From assembly GCF_001870905.1 (NCBI RefSeq), contig NZ_LNDC01000104.1, positions 5,157 through 37,156 on the forward strand: a stretch of 32,000 nt of DNA. Reading direction: 5' to 3'. This DNA is from Geitlerinema sp. PCC 9228. GTDB lineage: Bacteria > Cyanobacteriota > Cyanobacteriia > Cyanobacteriales > PCC-9228. This document shows positions 27,246 to 32,000 of the stretch, piece after piece. The notes under the pieces are model-generated. The model saw only the letters and a list, made by a program, of their open reading frames with translations. It was not told the DNA's origin and searched no databases. The first letter of the stretch is position 1, and every line of letters starts with the position of its first letter. A program made the position numbers and the translations under genes.

Positions 27246-29585
27246 CTATTCTGGACGGGATTGTCCAGTCCGGCGTAGGGGATCTGGTTGCAGTTGGTTG
27301 CTGGAACACCGGGGATGCAAGCCTTTCTGGGCGCAAATATAGGCCATTTGATTGGCGTTAAGATTTTTAACACCGGTAAAATCCACCCCAGCCAGTTTTC
27401 CAGTTGGCGACTCGACGCGCCGGATAAATTCATCTTCGGTAGGCGGTTGTGGCGGCATGAAGGTAACTCCAGCAAAATTGGCACCATCCAACTTGGCCCC
27501 CTGGAGGTTGGCGTGGCTGAGGTCAGCGTCGGTGAGGTTGGCATTTTGCAGTTGAGCGTTCGCCAAATTGGCATCTCGCAGGCGCGCGCCACTGAGGTCG
27601 GTATGGGCGAGGTTGCTGCCTTGAAAATCAGCTTCGGCAAAATCAGCACCCTGCCAGCTACTGCGAGCGAGATTGCTGCGGACAAAATTCGCCCCTTGCG
27701 CTTGTACGCGTCCGGCATTGACCCCCTGTAAGTTGGCACGGGTAAAGTCTGCGCTCACCAAATTTCCCCCTGTAAGTTTGGCATCGGTGAGGTTGGCTTG
27801 CTGAAAAGAAGCTTGCATCAGGTTTGCGTTGCTAAAATTGCTGCCAGCAAGCGCGGCTTGGTTGAGTTGAGCTTGTTTGAGGGTAGCGTCAATCCAATTG
27901 GCATTTTCCATGGAACTGTAGCTGAGAAACGCCCCCGTGAGGTCGGCTTGCATCAAATTGGCACCGCTGAGATCGGCGATGCGATCGTCAAAAGTTCCCA
28001 AGCGTTCGTCCTCGCCAGCACTGGCAAAGCGGCTGTTTTGCAACTGGGCACCGCGCAAAATGGCACTGCGCAGGTTGATGCCCGCTAAATTGTTTTGCTG
28101 TACGACCAAAGTAAAGGGGTGGGGGGATTGGGTTTTCCCCAAATTCACCTGGGAAAGGTCCACGCGGGCATAATTGCCCGTATACACCGTTAAAATTTTA
28201 GCGATCGCTCGTTTGGTAGCGCGCTGTCGTTGGGCCACCAGGCGTCGTTCTTCCGTCTCCCCCGCATAGCGTAACGAGGCCAAATCATTCTCCAAAGTGC
28301 GGTTGAGACGATGCAAATGGGGCAGTGCTTCCGGACCCCGACTTACCAAGGCTTGTTGGATGGTATCGACCAGTTCCGGTTCGGTTTCTTGCCCCAACAA
28401 ATCCACCAACAGGGGAATAGCGCGGGCATCTTCCACCGCCCCCAAAGCCAAAATCGCACTGCGACGTTCTGCGGCAGCTTCCGGAGTTTTGGGCACCAGC
28501 TTATCCAACAAAGCCAAAAACATCTCATTTTCTTGCTGTTGGGAGGCACGCTGGTTGGTTTGCTGCTGGATGTATACCTGTGTCCCCACAAAAGTCGCCA
28601 AAACGGACACCATAGCCACTGCCGTGGTGCCCAACAGGGTAATCCCGGGATGGCGGACCATCCACGGCCATAGCCCGGGTTGGCTGGGTTGGGTGGGTTC
28701 TGGGGAGGATTCTCGCAGAACAATAGCTGCGATCGCGGCATCTTCGTCCATATCCGCAGTATTTTGCCATTGGGCACCGTTCCAAGCTTGCGGTTCCACG
28801 GCGGTAGGTACTGTGGGGGAAAACGTTCTCACCTGCCAGCTATCGGAGGTATCCGCTTGGGCGAGGGCGTCCAGGACGTAGGTTTCTGCCAAACGGTCGT
28901 GCAACGTCCGACGTCGGGGATGCCAGGCAGCCACTGAGGCTTCCGCTACCATTGCGATCGCGCCCAATCCCAAAAACACCGTCACATCGGGAAAAGCACC
29001 GCTGATGCGCCAAATGCCGTAGGCTAAGCCCCAAGGAAGACCCCAACGACCCACCCCCTCGCGCAAAAAAAGATGCGACCAACTGGGAACAGCACCGGTG
29101 GCGGTTACCACTTGCACGCGCAACCACTTTTTGGACCAGGTTTGCCCCGTACGCCAGAGGCCATAAAGCTGCATACCGCCGACGGCAATCGGAAACACCA
29201 ATGCTGCCGACCAAAGCAAATTGGTGGCTGGCGCTACAGTAGGTTCCCTGCGATCGGGATGCCCGAATCCCCAGGCCACAACATGGTTGACCCCCTGCAA
29301 AGCGGGATTTAACGGTACGGAATCGCCGCTGTGGTTTTCAGTAATCCAAACCCCCACCTGGTAGGGAACCGCCGCACTAGCCACCACTAGGGAAACCTCC
29401 ACCATCCAGGCACCACTGCGTCTCAAGACAATGGGAACTTGGCGCCATGGCCGCGGCTTGGGTTGTCTGGGGAACGACCAACCCAAGGGCAGCCACTGTT
29501 GCTGTAGCTGCCGCAGGCGGTCTTTGAGTTTTTCCCAAGTTCCCCTGGAAGAATTGTGGGCGTCGTTTGAGGTTTGGGTGTCCAT
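27246..29585 (-). CDS. RDD-like membrane domain / HEAT-like / pentapeptide-repeat protein
   Basis: RRSGAWMVEVSLVVASAAVPY...WHPRRRTLHDRLAETYVLD (RDD-like), then TM segment, HEAT-like AILALGAVEDARAIPLLVDLLG, then a long A(D/N)LxxA(D/N/Q)L pentapeptide array. Confidence 0.88.
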   Translation of the reverse strand: MDTQTSNDAHNSSRGTWEKLKDRLRQLQQQWLPLGWSFPRQPKPRPWRQVPIVLRRSGAWMVEVSLVVASAAVPYQVGVWITENHSGDSVPLNPALQGVNHVVAWGFGHPDRREPTVAPATNLLWSAALVFPIAVGGMQLYGLWRTGQTWSKKWLRVQVVTATGAVPSWSHLFLREGVGRWGLPWGLAYGIWRISGAFPDVTVFLGLGAIAMVAEASVAAWHPRRRTLHDRLAETYVLDALAQADTSDSWQVRTFSPTVPTAVEPQAWNGAQWQNTADMDEDAAIAAIVLRESSPEPTQPSQPGLWPWMVRHPGITLLGTTAVAMVSVLATFVGTQVYIQQQTNQRASQQQENEMFLALLDKLVPKTPEAAAERRSAILALGAVEDARAIPLLVDLLGQETEPELVDTIQQALVSRGPEALPHLHRLNRTLENDLASLRYAGETEERRLVAQRQRATKRAIAKILTVYTGNYARVDLSQVNLGKTQSPHPFTLVVQQNNLAGINLRSAILRGAQLQNSRFASAGEDERLGTFDDRIADLSGANLMQADLTGAFLSYSSMENANWIDATLKQAQLNQAALAGSNFSNANLMQASFQQANLTDAKLTGGNLVSADFTRANLQGVNAGRVQAQGANFVRSNLARSSWQGADFAEADFQGSNLAHTDLSGARLRDANLANAQLQNANLTDADLSHANLQGAKLDGANFAGVTFMPPQPPTEDEFIRRVESPTGKLAGVDFTGVKNLNANQMAYICAQKGLHPRCSSNQLQPDPLRRTGQSRPE

Positions 29586-29702
29586 AATCTCCGAATGTAG
29601 CCAATGCGATCGCGGTGCTGCCCGAGAGGAAGCCCGAAAACGAGCAGCATGCCTCTCTAGGCAGGCCTTTTGTCAAGAGGCATTGTACTACAGGCAGCTT
29701 CT

Positions 29703-30020
29703 CTAGGGGTGGTTGGAATTGTTCAAAAACAATTTGTAGCCCACATACAGCACTACACCGACCACAGCGACTGTCATGGCTAGGCTAATCAGGCGGAACA
29801 CGATGCCCACCAGCCAAAAGCCCACCATGACACCGCCAATGCCGACGGCGGCTTTGCCCCAGTTGGGCAGCTGTTGGAATTTGAATAGCAAACGGTCGTA
29901 TAGGTTGCGCATGGAAGATGGTTGGTTGTTGCTGTTGGTTTGGGAAAAGACCTCGCGGTCGATCTTGGTTTCCAGATCGCGCAGTCTTTGGCTCCAGGAT
30001 TGATTGTCTTGTTGGTTCAT
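29703..30020 (-). CDS. Small membrane protein, hypothetical
   Basis: 105-aa ORF with hydrophobic region AAVGIGGVMVGFWLVGIVFRLISLAMTVAVVGVVLYVGY. Confidence 0.65.
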   Translation of the reverse strand: MNQQDNQSWSQRLRDLETKIDREVFSQTNSNNQPSSMRNLYDRLLFKFQQLPNWGKAAVGIGGVMVGFWLVGIVFRLISLAMTVAVVGVVLYVGYKLFLNNSNHP

Positions 30021-30126
30021 AGAGTTTTTATCCTACCAGAGATCGACGGATGCTCTCATTAGCGATTGTAACTTTTGGGCTGGTGAATGGGGTATGGAAA
30101 GCCGCCCCCAGAAAGAAATCTTGATG

Positions 30127-31608
30127 TTATTTGAGTTGCCAAAGCCAGGTGACGATCGCGATCGCTGTGGTGACAATGAAGATGAGTTTGCGATTGGCGG
30201 CTTGTTTTTCTTGCTGTCTTTGTTGCCGTTCTGCTGCTAGTTTTTTTTCCATTTCGCGCAACTGTTGGGCTTGCTTTTGGGTTTGTATGGCTTGTTTTTC
30301 TTTCTCTTTGCTGGCGGCTAGAAATTCATAGTCGTCGCTGCTGAGTTCTTTCCCCGTCGCCCAGGCTTGGGCTTCTTGCAAAGCACGACCGCACAGCAAT
30401 CTGGATGGGTCTTTTTTGTGGGCGGCTATCCAGTTGTCAAGGGCTTCTTGATAGGGGCGGCGCGCGGCGATTTGTTGGCGCACCCATTGATGGTTGAAAA
30501 CGGCTTGATAAATGGGATTTTTGATTTGCAAAATGCCTTGGCGCGCTACCAATAAACCGGATAAAATCAGTTCGCTATGTTCCGGGCGATCGCAAAGTGG
30601 CACGGTTTTTCCCTGGAGAATTTTTTGGTAGGTTTGTAACATGAAATTGCTGTAGTGGGGATGGTATAGTAAGCGATCGCGAATGGTTTTTAAATGTTCC
30701 GGTTGGTCGCGAACTTCCCAGCTATCCACCAAGCCATGGCGTACCAAATTATTTACCCAAGCGTTTTCCTGTTCGGGTGAAAATTGGCCGGTGGTTGGCA
30801 TGGTGGCTTCCCCGACTACCAACTGACATAATTTTTGAGTTAAAAAAGGCTGACCGTGGGTCCAAGCTAAAATGTTTCGCATAACCATTTGCGGGTCTCT
30901 AACCTTTCCCTGCAAACCTGCCTGCAGGCATCCTACTTGAGACAGTTGAAAATCGGGGAGGTGAATGGCTTTGCCAATGTTAAATGGCGTGCGGTTGGGG
31001 TCGTGGATGAGTTGGTTGGGGGTGGCGACGCCAAAAATCGCAAAAGTAATACGTTTGTAAGTGGAATCGAGGGAACGTCGGTTGTAGCAAAAGCGAATCA
31101 GAGCAAAAAAGTCATCCGTGGGAAACGGCAGACCGAGAACGCTGTCGATTTCGTCGATAAAAATAATAATGCGATCGCTGGGGGGAGGGGAATCGCTACG
31201 GCTGTGGCTGGGAACTTGCACCAGGAGAATATCTTCGATAAAATGGCTCAGACGTTGCAGGAAAGGAATTTCATCGGTTTCCTGCCACCAAGATTTTAAA
31301 TTGACTGTCTCCAACAGGTGCAGGCTGCGCCACAGTTCCGTGACCACACCTTTGTACCATTGTAGGGGACTGACATTGTTGCTACCAATGCGGGTCATAT
31401 CTAGGGTAACGCAGCGAAATCCTTCTGCTTGCAGCCGCGATCGCGTGCGTACCAGTAGGGATGATTTTCCAGTTTGACGGCATGTCAAAACGTAGCAAAA
31501 TTCCCCTTGTTGTAAACTTTGGTATAACTCTTCGTCAGCCTCGCGTTCCACATAAGTGGCAGCGTCGCTGTTTAAACTCCCTCCCACTTGATATCGATAT
31601 GCTGGCAT
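30127..31608 (-). CDS. AAA-like (AAA_35-type) P-loop ATPase with C-terminal coiled coil and TM helix
   Basis: YRYQVGGSLNSDAATYVEREADEELYQSLQQGEFCYVLTCRQTGKSSLLVRTR, Walker B RIIIFIDEIDSVL, C-terminal coiled coil and LIFIVTTAIAIVTWLW. ORF open from 31704, but MPAYRYQVGGSL at 31608 is the likely start. Confidence 0.85.
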   Translation of the reverse strand: MPAYRYQVGGSLNSDAATYVEREADEELYQSLQQGEFCYVLTCRQTGKSSLLVRTRSRLQAEGFRCVTLDMTRIGSNNVSPLQWYKGVVTELWRSLHLLETVNLKSWWQETDEIPFLQRLSHFIEDILLVQVPSHSRSDSPPPSDRIIIFIDEIDSVLGLPFPTDDFFALIRFCYNRRSLDSTYKRITFAIFGVATPNQLIHDPNRTPFNIGKAIHLPDFQLSQVGCLQAGLQGKVRDPQMVMRNILAWTHGQPFLTQKLCQLVVGEATMPTTGQFSPEQENAWVNNLVRHGLVDSWEVRDQPEHLKTIRDRLLYHPHYSNFMLQTYQKILQGKTVPLCDRPEHSELILSGLLVARQGILQIKNPIYQAVFNHQWVRQQIAARRPYQEALDNWIAAHKKDPSRLLCGRALQEAQAWATGKELSSDDYEFLAASKEKEKQAIQTQKQAQQLREMEKKLAAERQQRQQEKQAANRKLIFIVTTAIAIVTWLWQLK

Positions 31609-31707
31609 TTGGATTTCCCAATTGTTTGAAAGATGGTATCGTTTGTGACTACAACATGCTGGCGCTATATATCTATTATGTCTCCCTTGTATCGGGAAGG
31701 ACATGGC

Positions 31708-32000
31708 TTAAGATTGGCTATTATAATAAAAATTACAGGTATCGCTGAGGGTAACGCGATCGCGCCCTTGGCTTTTAGAAGCATATAAAGCGCGATCGGC
31801 CGCTTGCACCACGGTAAAGGCATCGAACTTCGCATCGGCTACCGCGGAAGCCACCCCCAAACTCAGGGTAACAATTGCTGCGCCGTAGGGAACGCTTTCG
31901 TGAGCAATAGCCAGCGATCGCACCCGGTGGCGAACTTTTTGGGCCACTTCCTGCGCTCCTTTGGCATCGGTTTGTGGTAGGATAATGGTAAACTCCTCCC
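31708..32000 (-). CDS. C-terminal part of a GGDEF-domain protein (diguanylate cyclase), 5' end outside window
   Basis: Reading the minus strand upstream of the listed ORF start gives ...EEFTIILPQTDAKGAQEVAQKVRHRV..., i.e. the EEF of GGEEF, then VTLSLGVAS and AADRALYASKSQGRDRV. Confidence 0.88.
   Translation of the reverse strand, partial: EEFTIILPQTDAKGAQEVAQKVRHRVRSLAIAHESVPYGAAIVTLSLGVASAVADAKFDAFTVVQAADRALYASKSQGRDRVTLSDTCNFYYNSQS

Noticed and set aside
30127-31704. Start codon at 31704 for the AAA-like protein
   Set aside because: The first 32 residues (MSFPIQGRHNRYIAPACCSHKRYHLSNNWEIQ) look non-coding, while MPAYRYQVGGSL at 31608 matches the usual beginning of this family.
5-32000. CRISPR arrays, complete transposase/IS elements, tRNA or rRNA genes
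   Set aside because: None seen: no regular 25-40 bp direct repeats with unique spacers, no transposase-like ORF, and no recognisable tRNA/rRNA sequence in the intergenic regions.
1-32000. The many GCGATCGC octamers as a new finding
   Set aside because: This is the known HIP1-type highly iterated palindrome of cyanobacteria; used only as taxonomic support.

Overview
The window looks like a cyanobacterial chromosome segment: there are many GCGATCGC (HIP1-type) octamers, plus ycf3, ftrC and a sufR/sufBCDS cluster. Supported genes, left to right: C-terminal part of an RTX-repeat protein, ppa, a small membrane ORF, a Pro-rich/SH3 protein, a DUF2214-like membrane protein, purB, sufR, ftrC, sufB, sufC, sufD, sufS, a REC-PAS-GAF class III cyclase, ycf3, gatC, a cytosine-C5 DNA methyltransferase followed by two same-frame ORFs that look like one interrupted restriction-type gene, a FkbM methyltransferase, a small RHH-like protein, a large PAS/GAF-GGDEF-EAL protein, hom, rnc, an RDD/HEAT-like/pentapeptide-repeat protein, a small membrane protein, an AAA-like ATPase with a C-terminal TM, and the end of a GGDEF protein. 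No clear, complete, previously undescribed multi-gene system is visible. The observations most worth a second look are: (1) an imperfect ~78-bp palindrome-headed repeat family, one copy of which sits at the break in the restriction-type gene; (2) four perfect TGGCCA motifs at exact 20-bp spacing between sufR and purB; (3) two perfect CAAC-N6-GTTG dyads plus a structured leader with an 11-bp long-range inverted repeat upstream of ftrC-sufB; (4) ftrC embedded in the suf cluster; (5) an RDD-HEAT-pentapeptide fusion. All homology calls come from motif and family recognition by eye; no database search was run.
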